A model generated the notes under the pieces. It did no database searches. It was not told the DNA's origin and saw only the letters and a list, made by a program, of their open reading frames with translations. From Candidatus Spongiisociaceae bacterium (GTDB taxonomy: Bacteria > Actinomycetota > Acidimicrobiia > Spongiisociales > Spongiisociaceae): a stretch of DNA of 64,000 nt. The translations under genes were made by a program, and so were the position numbers. This document shows positions 30,450 to 40,779 of the stretch, in pieces (the stretch's first letter is position 1; each line of letters opens with the position of its first letter). The stretch lies in contig CBDCOH010000002.1 of assembly GCA_965219685.1 (NCBI GenBank), positions 512,001-576,000 of the forward strand. The letters are read 5' to 3'.

Positions 30450-32948
30450 CTAGGCCTCGGTATCGTCCGGATCGGCCGGCGCTCCGACCACGAGAGTGAG
30501 GGTTCCGCCGGACGGGATGGTGGCGGCTGCCTCCGGTTCGGTACGCAATACCCGGTCCACCATCTCGGCGTCCGCCACCGGCTCGTAGGTCACCTCTACC
30601 GCCAGGTCGGCTCCGGTTCCCTCTCGAGCGGCCTCTATCCGGTCGAGGGCGTCCTCGACGCTCGATCCCGTCACGTCGGGCACCACGAGACCGGTCATAC
30701 CGGCGGACACCCTGACCAGCACCGTGGCGCCCTCATCGGCCTCCTCTCCTACCGGGGGTTCGGTACCGAGCACGGTGCCCTCCGCTTCCGACGACTCCAC
30801 CTCCTCCACTTCGGGAACCAGGTGTGCGTCGAAGACAGCATCCCGGGCATCTTCGAGAGGCAGGCCGACGACCTCCGGGATCCTGGTGAACGGCACCTGG
30901 TTGTAGAGGCCGATTCCCAGGCTGCTCGGGAATTCTCCCGCCGGGTACTTATCGAGCACGATCTCCATGAACTCCTTCCAGATCGGCGCCGGAACGGAAC
31001 CGCCGAAGACACGGGTGTAGTTCTCACCGTTGATCATCACATCCCGCAGGGCTACCTGCTCGTCGGGATAACCCACCCAGACCGCGGTCGTGAAGTTGGG
31101 GACGTAACCCACGAACCAGGCATCGCGGTAGGCCTGGTGCGTACCGGTTTTCCCGGCCTGCGGCACATCTTCGATGACTGCCCGGCGTGCAGTGCCGCAG
31201 CACACCACCCTCTCCATCGGTCGGCGGATGGCGGCGGCCAGAACAGGATCGACCGCCTGGAACGGACTCACGCGCTTCTCGTATACCACCGTCCCGTCGG
31301 CCGTCGTTATCCGGGAGACCAGGTATGGCACGGCGTGGATTCCGTTGGTGGCGAAGGTGCTGTAGGCGGAAGCCATCTCGAGCGGGCTCACGGCGCCTGC
31401 GCCGAGCGCGAGGGAGTACACCTCCTCCAACTCCGACGTTATGCCCATCGCGTTCGCGGTACGGATGATGGCCTGCGGTCCCACCAGCACCGCGAGCTGG
31501 GCGTAGACGGTGTTGACCGAAGACTCCGTCGCCTTGGCGACCGTGATCATCTCGTCCACCCGTCCGGCGTTGCGCACGGTCCATACGTATCCGCCGTCCG
31601 GACCGCACGGATCCTCGCACTCGATCTCGATGGGGCTCCGGGCATCCCAGTGGGACTGGAGGCTTCCCCCGCTCTCGAGATAGGCGGCCAGGACGAACGG
31701 TTTGAACGCCGAACCGGGATTCCGCCGCCCCTGGATGGCAAGGTCGAACTGCTCCTGCTCGAAGGGGAGGCCCGAGGACATGGCGAGGACCGCCCCGGTG
31801 TGGTTCTCCACCATGGCGATGGCCCCGGTGGGAGCCCCCCGGGGATCGTTGAACGAACCGTCTGGAACCGGCAGCCATGACTGGAGAATCCGGTTGGCGG
31901 CCTCCTGCATGTCCAGGTCCACAGTGACGAATATCTGCAGACCGCCCCCTCCCACACAGTCCACCTCGTGGGCCGGGCAACCGAAGATGGCCTGCCGGCG
32001 TTCCTCCTTGGTGGAGCCCAGATCAAAGAACTCGGGGTCGTTGAGGAGTTGGCGGCGGACCTCGGCCACCACATGCTCGGCCGGGCTCTGGAACTGGGTC
32101 GGCGGCTGGATCACGAACGGCTCGTTCTTGGCCGCCGCCGCCTCTTCGAAGGAGATGTCACCGGCCGTCGCCATCGCGTCGATCACGTCGTCGCGCCGGT
32201 CATGGGCACGCTCTTCCTGCCGTCGCGGGTCGTACAGGGATGGGTTCCGGATGATGACCGCGAGGGTCGCGGCTTCGGCGACCGTCAGGTCGGCGAGGTC
32301 CTTGCGGAAGTACTCCTCGGCCGCGGCCTTGACCCCGTAGGCCGACCACCCGAAGTAGACCGAGTTCAGATAGAACTCGAGGATGTCCTGCTTCGAGTTG
32401 TGCCGTTCCAGCTCGATGGCGTAGAGCGCCTCGAGGATCTTGCGCTGTACGGTCAGTTCGTCGCCCACGATGTTCTGCTTGACGATCTGCTGGGTGATCG
32501 TCGAGCCTCCCCGCCGGGACACGCCGGTGACGTAGTCACGCACCGCGCTGACGATGGCCTGGAAGTCGATTCCCTCGTGGTCGAAGTAGTCGCCGTCCTC
32601 AGCGGCCAGGACCGCCCAGATGAGGGCCTCGGGCATCTCCCAGAATCGGGCCAGCTCCGAAACCCTCCCGGCGTGCAACTCGGCCAGCAGCTCGCCGTCC
32701 TCCGTGTAGATCCGCGAGACCCTGGAGAGGTTCCGGACGTCGGGCAAGGTGGCGCCGGCTTCGATCTCCGGTATCCACCGATCCACGAAACGGTTGAACA
32801 TGGCGTACCCGGCGTTGGCGCCGAGGAATCCGAACAGGCCGATCCACGTGGCCAGGACCAGGGTGATGGCGATGACGAGGACCAGCGCGAGGGACCACCT
32901 CCGGCTCTTGGCCATCCTCTCGATGTTGTGGATGGTCGGTTCGTTCAT
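30450..32948 (-). CDS. ponA: Class A penicillin-binding protein (transglycosylase-transpeptidase) with PASTA domains
   Basis: AAEDGDYFDH, GGSTITQQ, YLNSVYFG, SAFK (SxxK), SVN, KTG, C-terminal PASTA repeats. Confidence 0.95.
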   Translation of the reverse strand: MNEPTIHNIERMAKSRRWSLALVLVIAITLVLATWIGLFGFLGANAGYAMFNRFVDRWIPEIEAGATLPDVRNLSRVSRIYTEDGELLAELHAGRVSELARFWEMPEALIWAVLAAEDGDYFDHEGIDFQAIVSAVRDYVTGVSRRGGSTITQQIVKQNIVGDELTVQRKILEALYAIELERHNSKQDILEFYLNSVYFGWSAYGVKAAAEEYFRKDLADLTVAEAATLAVIIRNPSLYDPRRQEERAHDRRDDVIDAMATAGDISFEEAAAAKNEPFVIQPPTQFQSPAEHVVAEVRRQLLNDPEFFDLGSTKEERRQAIFGCPAHEVDCVGGGGLQIFVTVDLDMQEAANRILQSWLPVPDGSFNDPRGAPTGAIAMVENHTGAVLAMSSGLPFEQEQFDLAIQGRRNPGSAFKPFVLAAYLESGGSLQSHWDARSPIEIECEDPCGPDGGYVWTVRNAGRVDEMITVAKATESSVNTVYAQLAVLVGPQAIIRTANAMGITSELEEVYSLALGAGAVSPLEMASAYSTFATNGIHAVPYLVSRITTADGTVVYEKRVSPFQAVDPVLAAAIRRPMERVVCCGTARRAVIEDVPQAGKTGTHQAYRDAWFVGYVPNFTTAVWVGYPDEQVALRDVMINGENYTRVFGGSVPAPIWKEFMEIVLDKYPAGEFPSSLGIGLYNQVPFTRIPEVVGLPLEDARDAVFDAHLVPEVEEVESSEAEGTVLGTEPPVGEEADEGATVLVRVSAGMTGLVVPDVTGSSVEDALDRIEAAREGTGADLAVEVTYEPVADAEMVDRVLRTEPEAAATIPSGGTLTLVVGAPADPDDTEA

Positions 32949-33202
32949 GTGCTCACCGCGCCGCGGGCGAAGCTCGGCCGCCTACCTCCGGTTAGGAGGA
33001 GGTGGACTGCCTGCGAGGTGACTGGCCCTGTCCAGGTGGTCGGCGACCCTTGCCGCGCTCCGCTTCCTCGATGTTCCGCTGCGGGAACGCCTTCGTCGGC
33101 GCGCCTGGCAGGCAACGCCGCTTCCGGTGGATGCCGCAGCCGCCGTCTCACGGACGGGCCACTACGATGCCGAGTCATCGACTAGTCAGGATACCCAGAC
33201 CT

Positions 33203-34777
33203 GTGTCCAATCCTTCGCAAGCCCCGGTCCGCACGACGTCGAGCGGCATCGAGGTCGAGGTTGTCTACGGTCCCGGCTCGCATGGGACGCTCGGCGAACC
33301 CGGCGCCTACCCCTTCACCCGCGGTCCCTATCCGACCATGTATCGGGGGCGCACCTGGACGATGCGGCAGTATGCCGGATTCGGGACGGCGAGGGAGACC
33401 AACCAACGGTTCAAGGCCCTCCTCGCAGCGGGCCAGACCGGCCTGTCCGTAGCCTTCGATCTGCCGACCCAGATGGGTCTCGACTCCGACTCCCCTCTGG
33501 CGGCGGGCGAGGTCGGCAAGGTCGGCGTGGCGATCGACAACCTGGATGACATGCGGACCCTCCTCGACGGTCTCCCCATGGGCGAGGTGACCACGTCCAT
33601 GACCATCAACGCCACCGCGCCCGTCCTGCTACTCCTGTACCAGCTGGTGGCGGAGGAGCAGGGTGTCCGGCCGGAGAGAATCCGCGGGACCGTCCAGAAC
33701 GACATCCTCAAGGAGTACATAGCGCGCGGCACCTACATCTACCCTCCGGCTGCCTCGATGCGCCTGGTGACAGACCTGTTCGCCTACTGCAGCAAGGAGC
33801 TCCGCAACTGGAACACCATTTCGATAAGCGGGTATCACATCCGGGAGGCGGGCGCCACCGCCGCGCAGGAACTAGCCTTCACGCTGGCCAACGGGATCGC
33901 CTACGTGAAGGCGGCGGTCGATGCCGGGATGGACGTGAACAGCTTCGGTCCGAGGCTGTCGTTCTTCTGGAACTCCCACAACCACCTGTTCGAGGAAGCC
34001 GCCAAGTTCCGGGCGGCGCGGCGCCTGTGGGCCACCATCATGAAGGAGCGGTTCGGTGCCACCGACCGGGCCGCCCAGCGGATGCGTTTCCATACCCAGA
34101 CCGCCGGTTCCACCCTTACCGCTCAGCAACCCGAGAACAACATCGTCCGGACGGCTGTACAGGCCGTGGCGGCCACCCTGGGGGGAACGCAGTCGCTCCA
34201 CACCAACGCCTTCGACGAGGCGCTCGGTCTTCCGACGCAGAGATCGGCGACCATCGCGCTCAGGACCCAGCAGATTCTGGCGGCCGAGTCGGGGGTCACG
34301 GACACGGTCGATCCCCTGGCGGGGTCCTACTACGTGGAGAGCCTGACCGACTCTCTGGAGGAGGCCGCCATCCGGCTCATCGAGGAGACGGACCGCCTCG
34401 GCGGAGCGGTGGCGGCCATCGAGCAGGGATTCCCTCAGGCTGAGATCGAGGAGGCTTCCTACCGCGCCTCCCTCCGGATCGAATCGGGCGAGGACACCGT
34501 TGTCGGGGTCAACCGTTACGCCGACGACGTAGGTGCCGGCGTGGAGCCGCTCGCGGTGGATCCCGAGGTCGAGCGCCAGCAGAGAGATCGGGTGATCCGG
34601 TTCCGGGCCGGGCGCGATCCGCTGGCGGTGGGCGGAGCCCTGGGAGAGTTGGAAGCAGCCGCTCGAGGTGGCGGCAATCTGATGTACCCGATGAAGGCGG
34701 CGCTGGTAGCGAACGCAACCCTCGGAGAGGTGTCGGACGCCCTGCGCCGGGTGTTCGGCGTGCACCGGGCGCGATGA
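33203..34777 (+). CDS. Methylmalonyl-CoA mutase substrate-binding (large) subunit, split type lacking the B12 domain
   Basis: [16 protein letters not shown] (Tyr), [30 protein letters not shown]. Start uncertain (33167 or 33203). Confidence 0.92.
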   Translation: MSNPSQAPVRTTSSGIEVEVVYGPGSHGTLGEPGAYPFTRGPYPTMYRGRTWTMRQYAGFGTARETNQRFKALLAAGQTGLSVAFDLPTQMGLDSDSPLAAGEVGKVGVAIDNLDDMRTLLDGLPMGEVTTSMTINATAPVLLLLYQLVAEEQGVRPERIRGTVQNDILKEYIARGTYIYPPAASMRLVTDLFAYCSKELRNWNTISISGYHIREAGATAAQELAFTLANGIAYVKAAVDAGMDVNSFGPRLSFFWNSHNHLFEEAAKFRAARRLWATIMKERFGATDRAAQRMRFHTQTAGSTLTAQQPENNIVRTAVQAVAATLGGTQSLHTNAFDEALGLPTQRSATIALRTQQILAAESGVTDTVDPLAGSYYVESLTDSLEEAAIRLIEETDRLGGAVAAIEQGFPQAEIEEASYRASLRIESGEDTVVGVNRYADDVGAGVEPLAVDPEVERQQRDRVIRFRAGRDPLAVGGALGELEAAARGGGNLMYPMKAALVANATLGEVSDALRRVFGVHRAR

Positions 34778-34814
34778 TCGGCAGGGTTCCCGCCGCGGGC
34801 AGGGAGGCAAGCGG

Positions 34815-36179
34815 ATGATGAGGGAGGATCCGCCTCTCCGGTTCCTGATCATCGGCGGAGGTCCTGCCGGTACGGCTGCGGCCAGCACCGCCGCGGCCTA
34901 TGGCGCCGACGTGATCCTCGTAGAGGATTCGGTGGTGGGCGGCGCTGCCCACCTCCGGGACTGCATCCCGTCGAAGACGATGGCGGCGATGTCGATCCGT
35001 ATGCAGGCCATCCGAAATGCCGAGGATCTGGGCATTGCCGACCATGGCGCGGGAGTCGATCTCGGACGCCTTGCCGACCGGATACAGAAGGTCACTTCGA
35101 TGATCTCAGCGCGCTCCACCGAGTTGCTGGCGAGCCAGGGCATCGAGATCGTTAGGGGCCGCGGCCGGTTTCTGGGTCCCCGCCACGCTGTGACGATGGT
35201 CGACGGAATCGAGAGGAAGATCCGTTTCGATGCGGCCCTGGTCTCCACGGGATCCCGTCCGCGCATTCCTGACTGGGCAAGGGTGGACGGAGACCGGATT
35301 CTCACCACCCGTCACGTCTATGACCTACCCGCCCCTCCCGAGCATGTGGTGGTGATCGGATCGGGTGTGACCGGGGTGGAGATGGTCCACATCTTCGAGA
35401 GCCTCGGATCGAGGATCACGCTGCTGGTGAGCAGGCATCACGTCCTGCCGCATCGCGACGCCGAGGTAGCGGCCGCATTGGAGACGGACTTTCTCGAGCG
35501 TGGTGTCGCCCTCCTCAAGGGCGCACGCGCGGTGGACATAGATCGCTCCGGGGACGGCGTGGTCGTCCACGTCAAAGACGGTCGCCGCGTTCAGGGAAGC
35601 CACGCGCTGCTGGCTGTAGGCGCGGTTCCGATGAGCGACGGCCTGGGCTTGGAGCAGGCGGGGGTGGAGACCGAAGGAGGCTTCATCGTGGTCGACCAGT
35701 ACCAGCGCACGTCGGTTCCCCACATCTACGCCGCCGGCGACGTCACCGGTCAGATGCTCCTGTCCTCTGTGGCGAACCAGCAGGGCCGCAACCTGGCTCG
35801 ACACGTCACGGGCCATCCGGGTAAGGCCATCGATTACTCGAAGGTGGCGCAGGCGATATTCACGGAGCCAGAGATAGCTTCCGTCGGTTTGGAGGAAGCG
35901 GACGCGGCGGCCGAGGGCCGTAAGGTCCGGATCACGAAGGTCCCGTTCACGGCGAACCCGCGCAGCCTCATCCACGGGAGCACCAGGGGTTTCGCCAAGG
36001 TGGTCTCCGACCCCGCGACCAGGGTCGTGCTCGGCGGCACGGTCGTCGGGCACAGGGCGTCGGAACTGATCGGAATTCTCGCCCTAGCCACCCGGGGGAA
36101 GATCAAGGTCCAGACCCTGCGCGAGACCCTGATGGTACATCCCACCCTGTCCGAGTCGATCTCCGATGCGGGGGACTGA
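34815..36179 (+). CDS. NAD(P)H-quinone dehydrogenase, LpdA (Rv3303c)-like flavoprotein
   Basis: GGGPAG; AAHLRDCIPSK with only one Cys; GSGVTG; HPTLSESI. Confidence 0.85.
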   Translation: MMREDPPLRFLIIGGGPAGTAAASTAAAYGADVILVEDSVVGGAAHLRDCIPSKTMAAMSIRMQAIRNAEDLGIADHGAGVDLGRLADRIQKVTSMISARSTELLASQGIEIVRGRGRFLGPRHAVTMVDGIERKIRFDAALVSTGSRPRIPDWARVDGDRILTTRHVYDLPAPPEHVVVIGSGVTGVEMVHIFESLGSRITLLVSRHHVLPHRDAEVAAALETDFLERGVALLKGARAVDIDRSGDGVVVHVKDGRRVQGSHALLAVGAVPMSDGLGLEQAGVETEGGFIVVDQYQRTSVPHIYAAGDVTGQMLLSSVANQQGRNLARHVTGHPGKAIDYSKVAQAIFTEPEIASVGLEEADAAAEGRKVRITKVPFTANPRSLIHGSTRGFAKVVSDPATRVVLGGTVVGHRASELIGILALATRGKIKVQTLRETLMVHPTLSESISDAGD

Positions 36180-36399
36180 GCGATAGTCGGCACTCGGTAC
36201 CCGCGGCTCCATCCAACATTCGAGCTTGGTAGTCGGCCCTAGGATGAACCGTATGATCGGACATCAAGGCCCAAAACGAATCGGAGGACAACAACTGCCA
36301 TCACCCGGCCGCATAGACCGAGTGTCCAGCCGACAGGGGTAACTCCAGACCTTGAGCCTGGACGGAACCAACATCCGGGTCGGGATCACTGCCATAGTT

Positions 36400-36460
36400 A
36401 TCGAGCACCCCGACGGCTGGTACCTCGTCCGCACCAAGGAGAGAGCCATATCGCGCTAGT
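36400..36460 (+). pseudogene. Possible HicA toxin remnant
   Basis: IEHPDGWYLVRTK..(SH) resembles HicA DGWYLVRTKGSH; no intact ORF. Confidence 0.4.
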
Positions 36461-36520
36461 ACATCAGCCTCGACTCCACCGACAAGCCGCTTCGGCAGCG
36501 ATCACACCGGCACGCCTGCT

Positions 36521-37714
36521 ATGGCACTGAGGATCGCCCTTGCCGGTTGGTACGGGTCGGACAACCTGGGAGATGAGATGATCCTGAGTTGCATGGCTGC
36601 CGCCCTACGTGCCCGGGGGGTGGAGCCGGTAGCGGTGTCAATCGAACCCGAGCGGACTGTCGCCGTCCATGGCGTTGAGGCAGTGCCTCATCGCTCGCCC
36701 CTGGGCAGCGCTGCGCTGCGCCGGTCGCTGCGCCGCTCGCACGCCATGGTCCTCTCCGGAGGCGTGGTGCAGTCGGAGACGTCGCCGTGGAACATGTGGT
36801 TTCACATGTCACGCCTTCGCGCCTACAGGCGGTCGGCGTCTGCCACCCACAGACGAGAGCGGGCTGTGGTCGCGGCCATCGGCCTGGGAGTGGGACACGT
36901 CCGCGGCGCCGGTGGCCGGCGGACAGCGGTCTCAGAGATGCGTCGGGCCTGTCACGTCGTGACGAGAGACGCCGCCTCGGCGCGACGCCTGCGCGACTGG
37001 GGCGTGCCCGACGTGGCGATCGGCGCCGACCCGGTGCTGGCCGGAGACGCCGCGCTCGTTTCGAGCCGGCCGGCTATGGCCCGACCGCCGGACCCGCGCC
37101 CCCCGAAGCCGATGGGCTCGACGCGCTCTCGCAGCGACTCCGGGGACACGATCTGCGTGATCCTGCGCCCCCCGAATCGCCGAGGCATCCGAACGGCTGC
37201 GGCGAAGGCCCGCACGTCCTGGCAGCCATGGACGGATCAACTGGCGCGATCTCTGGACGCGCTGGCCGAGCGCAGCGGCATGACTCTGCGCCTGTTGCCC
37301 TTCCAGCCGAGCCAGGACACCCCCATGCTCGTGGCGTTGCGACAGAGGATGAGAACGGACGCAGAGTTGGTCACGCTCGACATCGACAATGTGCTCGCCG
37401 AGGTCGCCCGAAGTCGCTTCGTGGTCACCATGCGCTATCACGGCGCCATCGCAGCTCTGCTCAACGATCAGGCGGCTGTGCTGCTGGACTACTCTCCGAA
37501 AATGAGATCGCTCGCCGGCGAAGGCGGCGGCTGGGCTTCGCTCGTCGATCTGGCTCCGCTCGACGCCGGCCGCTTAGAGCCCCGCACGCTTGTCGAGGCG
37601 GCGAGCGAGGCGCAGGACAAGTCGCACCGGACAGCCGAGGCACGCGGCTTGCTGCAGGCGCGCCTGAAGGTCAACGACGCGGCGCTCGACGATCTGGTTG
37701 AGCTGATCCAGTGA
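36521..37714 (+). CDS. Polysaccharide pyruvyl transferase (second copy)
   Basis: GWYGSDNLGDEMIL, QSETSPWN, TMRYHGAIAA, LDYSPK; paralog of 6834..7907. Confidence 0.9.
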   Translation: MALRIALAGWYGSDNLGDEMILSCMAAALRARGVEPVAVSIEPERTVAVHGVEAVPHRSPLGSAALRRSLRRSHAMVLSGGVVQSETSPWNMWFHMSRLRAYRRSASATHRRERAVVAAIGLGVGHVRGAGGRRTAVSEMRRACHVVTRDAASARRLRDWGVPDVAIGADPVLAGDAALVSSRPAMARPPDPRPPKPMGSTRSRSDSGDTICVILRPPNRRGIRTAAAKARTSWQPWTDQLARSLDALAERSGMTLRLLPFQPSQDTPMLVALRQRMRTDAELVTLDIDNVLAEVARSRFVVTMRYHGAIAALLNDQAAVLLDYSPKMRSLAGEGGGWASLVDLAPLDAGRLEPRTLVEAASEAQDKSHRTAEARGLLQARLKVNDAALDDLVELIQ

Positions 37715-37865
37715 CCTGCTGACGGAGCGTCGAGCCAAGTTGAGCCAGTCGCGGCCGCCCCTCCGACTCGTCGCCCTCGCCGCTTGAATGAGACGCGTCA
37801 AACCGTCGGCTACTGTCTCGGCCACGCGTCGTGCAACTCCCGGCGGGCCTCTTGTTGCTAGTCCG

Positions 37866-38840
37866 ATGACAGGCCGCCCGTGGCAGCGACGCCTTCTGAA
37901 GTGGCTGAGGACCGCATACCTCGCCCTGCTCGCCGTCGCGGTGCCAGTGGTCGTGTGGGTGCGCCGGGACGAAGTGGCCGACCTTCTCGGAGACCTTGCG
38001 GGTGCAAGGCATCTGCTCGTGGCGGCGTCGTTCGCGACGGGGTTCGTGCTGATAGCGCTAAGTGCGTACATCTGGCTCGTGAGCCTGCGCTTGCTCGGAC
38101 AGCGGCCGCTCCTCCGCGATCTGACCGCCACCGCGGCTCGTTCGCTGCCGGCCCGGTACGTGCCGCTGATGGTCACGTTCGCGGTTAGTCGCGTGGCTCT
38201 GATGCAGCGCCGCGGCCTTCCGGCGGCGCCTCTCGCCCTCACCGCCGCGCTCGAGATGGCGGTGAGCCTCGCCGTCTCGGTGGCCTATGGCCTGGTACTG
38301 CTCGGCTGGGCCGGCGGGCTGCCCGGAGGCCTCGTAATCCCGATCGTCTCCGCGGTCGGGGTGATCGTCGCCGCTTCGCCCTCGGTGGCGGGACGTGTCG
38401 TCGCGGCGGTGGCGCGGCGGCGCGGCCTGGAGAGCCTGGCCCCGGTCAGCGGATTCACGTGGCCGGGCTATCTGCACATGATCGCGGCATCGGCCTGCTA
38501 CTGGACCTGGGCAGCCGCAGTGTTCTGCCTGTACATGCGCGCGTTCGAGGCCGCCGACGGTTTCGGGACGGCGCGCCTCGCCGGTGCTTTCGTGCTCACT
38601 TGGGGAGGCCTACGATTCCTCTCTGTGATCGCGCCGCAGGGAATCGGCGTGGTGGAGGTAACCGTTCCGTCACTGCTCGGCGCAGCCGATCCCCTGGCTC
38701 TCGGCATATTGATATTCGGCTTCAGGCTGGTGTTGCTGCTGCGCGACCTGCTGGCCGCCGCCGTCTCGGAGCTGCTCGCGTCGAGGCGCACGACGGTCGA
38801 AGCGGATCCGGTGCAGCGTTCGGATGGTACGGAGCCTTGA
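37866..38840 (+). CDS. Lysylphosphatidylglycerol-synthase TM domain / flippase-like protein (second copy)
   Basis: PARYVP, APQGIGVVE, GFRLVLLLRDL; paralog of 5863..6837. Start uncertain. Confidence 0.78.
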   Translation: MTGRPWQRRLLKWLRTAYLALLAVAVPVVVWVRRDEVADLLGDLAGARHLLVAASFATGFVLIALSAYIWLVSLRLLGQRPLLRDLTATAARSLPARYVPLMVTFAVSRVALMQRRGLPAAPLALTAALEMAVSLAVSVAYGLVLLGWAGGLPGGLVIPIVSAVGVIVAASPSVAGRVVAAVARRRGLESLAPVSGFTWPGYLHMIAASACYWTWAAAVFCLYMRAFEAADGFGTARLAGAFVLTWGGLRFLSVIAPQGIGVVEVTVPSLLGAADPLALGILIFGFRLVLLLRDLLAAAVSELLASRRTTVEADPVQRSDGTEP

Positions 38841-39967
38841 TCCACGTCTTCGTCGGCACGCGAGCCGAGTACATCAAGATGGCGCCCCTGCTGTGGCGCA
38901 TGGAGTCGGCCGGCCTCCCCTACCGTCTGATCGACTCTGGACAGCACGCTGACCGGTCGGAATCGTTCCGCGACGAGTTGGGCTTGCGGGCGCCCGACCA
39001 CGCGATGGGGGGCACGCGCAGCGTCGACTCGGTGCCTGCCGCTCTGTGGTGGGCGGCGGGACTCGGCCGCAAGCTGGCGCTGCCCCGGCGGCTCGACCGA
39101 ATCGTCTTCGGCGGGCGCCCGGGGATCTGCGTGGTTCACGGCGACACGCCGACGACGCTGATCGGCGCGCTCATCGCGAAGCGCGCCGGGCTGGCATTGG
39201 CCCATGTCGAGGCGGGCCTTCGCACCCACCGGTGGCTGCACCCCTTTCCGGAGGAGATCGTCCGGGTCGCCGTCGACCGGCTCGCCGACCTGCTCTTCGC
39301 GCCCGACGGCGCGGCAGCCGAGGAACTGCGCAAGCGCCGTGTGAGAGGGCGGATCATCACTGGATCGTCCAACACGATCAGCGATGCTCTCCGCGCCGCC
39401 CTGGAGGCGGGCGCTGCAGGCATGCCGACCACGCTCGACATGTCGGGAAGCGCTCGCTCGCACAGCTCGCCGCGCCGGCCACCGCCCGTGGTTGTGACCA
39501 TGCACCGGGTGGAGAACCTGCACCGGCGACGGCGGAGACAGGCGCTGGTGCATACGATCACGCGGCTGGTGCAGACGACCCCGGTGCGCTGGTACGTGCA
39601 CGAGCCCACACGGCGGGCGCTCAGGCCCGCAGGTCTAGCGGGCCTAGAAGCCTCTGGCGTGGAGCTTGTGCCGATGGTCCCTTATGCCGAGTTCGTGAGG
39701 GCGCTCGCACGGGCGCCGTTCGCGATCACCGACGGGGGCTCCATCCAGGAGGAGTGCGCGCTTCTGGGTGTGCCTGTGCTGCTGTGGCGAAACCGGACCG
39801 ACCGGCCCGACGGACTCGGTGAGAATGCCATGCTGAGCCACTATGACCCCGCAGTGGTAGAGAGGTTCCTGGCAGACCCCGAACGCTGGCGTCGCGCTCC
39901 CTCGCTGCCGCAGTCAAGCCCGTCTCAGGAGATTCTCGAAGTCCTCGCCGAATGGGTGGATGGCTGA
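38837..39967 (+). CDS. wecB: UDP-N-acetylglucosamine 2-epimerase (non-hydrolysing, WecB/MnaA)
   Basis: GTRAEYIKMAP, SGQH, VHGDT, HVEAGLR, PFPEE, TMHRVEN, TDGGSIQEE; TTG start overlapping the upstream stop. Confidence 0.88.
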   Translation: MIHVFVGTRAEYIKMAPLLWRMESAGLPYRLIDSGQHADRSESFRDELGLRAPDHAMGGTRSVDSVPAALWWAAGLGRKLALPRRLDRIVFGGRPGICVVHGDTPTTLIGALIAKRAGLALAHVEAGLRTHRWLHPFPEEIVRVAVDRLADLLFAPDGAAAEELRKRRVRGRIITGSSNTISDALRAALEAGAAGMPTTLDMSGSARSHSSPRRPPPVVVTMHRVENLHRRRRRQALVHTITRLVQTTPVRWYVHEPTRRALRPAGLAGLEASGVELVPMVPYAEFVRALARAPFAITDGGSIQEECALLGVPVLLWRNRTDRPDGLGENAMLSHYDPAVVERFLADPERWRRAPSLPQSSPSQEILEVLAEWVDG

Positions 39968-39997
39968 AGCGACTGCGTGGGCGACCGAGCGGCCCGG

Positions 39998-40723
39998 TCA
40001 GGCGCGCTTCCCGAGTTTGCGAACACGTACGGAAATCCCGTAGCGAAAGACGCACACGAAGATCGCGATGCCGTCCTTCCAGGTGATCTTCTTGCCTTCA
40101 GCATAGTTTCTGCTGGTGTAGGAGATGCCGGTCTCCCAGATGCGCCAACCTCCTGCGGCCACCTTGGCGGTGATCTCCGCGTCAATCCCGAAGCGGTTCT
40201 CGCGCAGGTCGAGGGATCGCACGACCTCAAGGCGGAACGCTTTGTAGCAGGTCGCCACATCGGACAGCCACACACCGGTAAGCATGTTCGACAGCCGTGT
40301 CAGCATCCGGTTGTAGATCATGGCCCAGTAGTACGGCACCCTTTGCGACGGGCCTTCCTGCATGCGGGTTCCGTATACGACGTCGGCGTCCCCGCGCGCC
40401 AGAGGCGCCAGCAGCGCGTCCCAGTCACCGGGGTCGTACTCAAGGTCGGCGTCCTGGATCACCACGAATTCGCAGCTTGCCTCGCCGAAGCCCCGCCGCA
40501 CCGCGGCGCCTTTTCCGCGGTTCTCGGGCTCTAGAAAGACCCTCACACGAGGGTCGTCATACTGGGACAGCCGATCGCGGGTTCCGTCGGTCGAACCGTC
40601 GTCCACCACTATCAACTCGCCGGTGAAGGGACTGGCAAGCACCCTGGAGACCATCTCGTCGACGGTAGCGACCTCGTTATAGCAGGGCATGACCACTGAT
40701 AGGCACCCGTTTGAGGCACTCAC
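39998..40723 (-). CDS. Polyprenol-phosphate glycosyltransferase (GT2, DPM1-like)
   Basis: SVVMPCYNE, DDGSTDGT, GKGAA, QDADLEYDP, EGKKITWKDG. Confidence 0.92.
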   Translation of the reverse strand: MSASNGCLSVVMPCYNEVATVDEMVSRVLASPFTGELIVVDDGSTDGTRDRLSQYDDPRVRVFLEPENRGKGAAVRRGFGEASCEFVVIQDADLEYDPGDWDALLAPLARGDADVVYGTRMQEGPSQRVPYYWAMIYNRMLTRLSNMLTGVWLSDVATCYKAFRLEVVRSLDLRENRFGIDAEITAKVAAGGWRIWETGISYTSRNYAEGKKITWKDGIAIFVCVFRYGISVRVRKLGKRA

Positions 40724-40779
40724 GCGGCGCAGCCTAGCACTTCGCGGCCTGTTAGCCTCGCCCGGCTGACCGACGGGGA

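Noticed and set aside
33203-34777. Isobutyryl-CoA or 2-hydroxyisobutyryl-CoA mutase
   Set aside because: RQYAGF Tyr and ARGTY Arg indicate methylmalonyl-CoA-type specificity.
34815-36179. Dihydrolipoamide dehydrogenase
   Set aside because: Lacks the first Cys of the CxxxxC redox pair, so it is LpdA-like.
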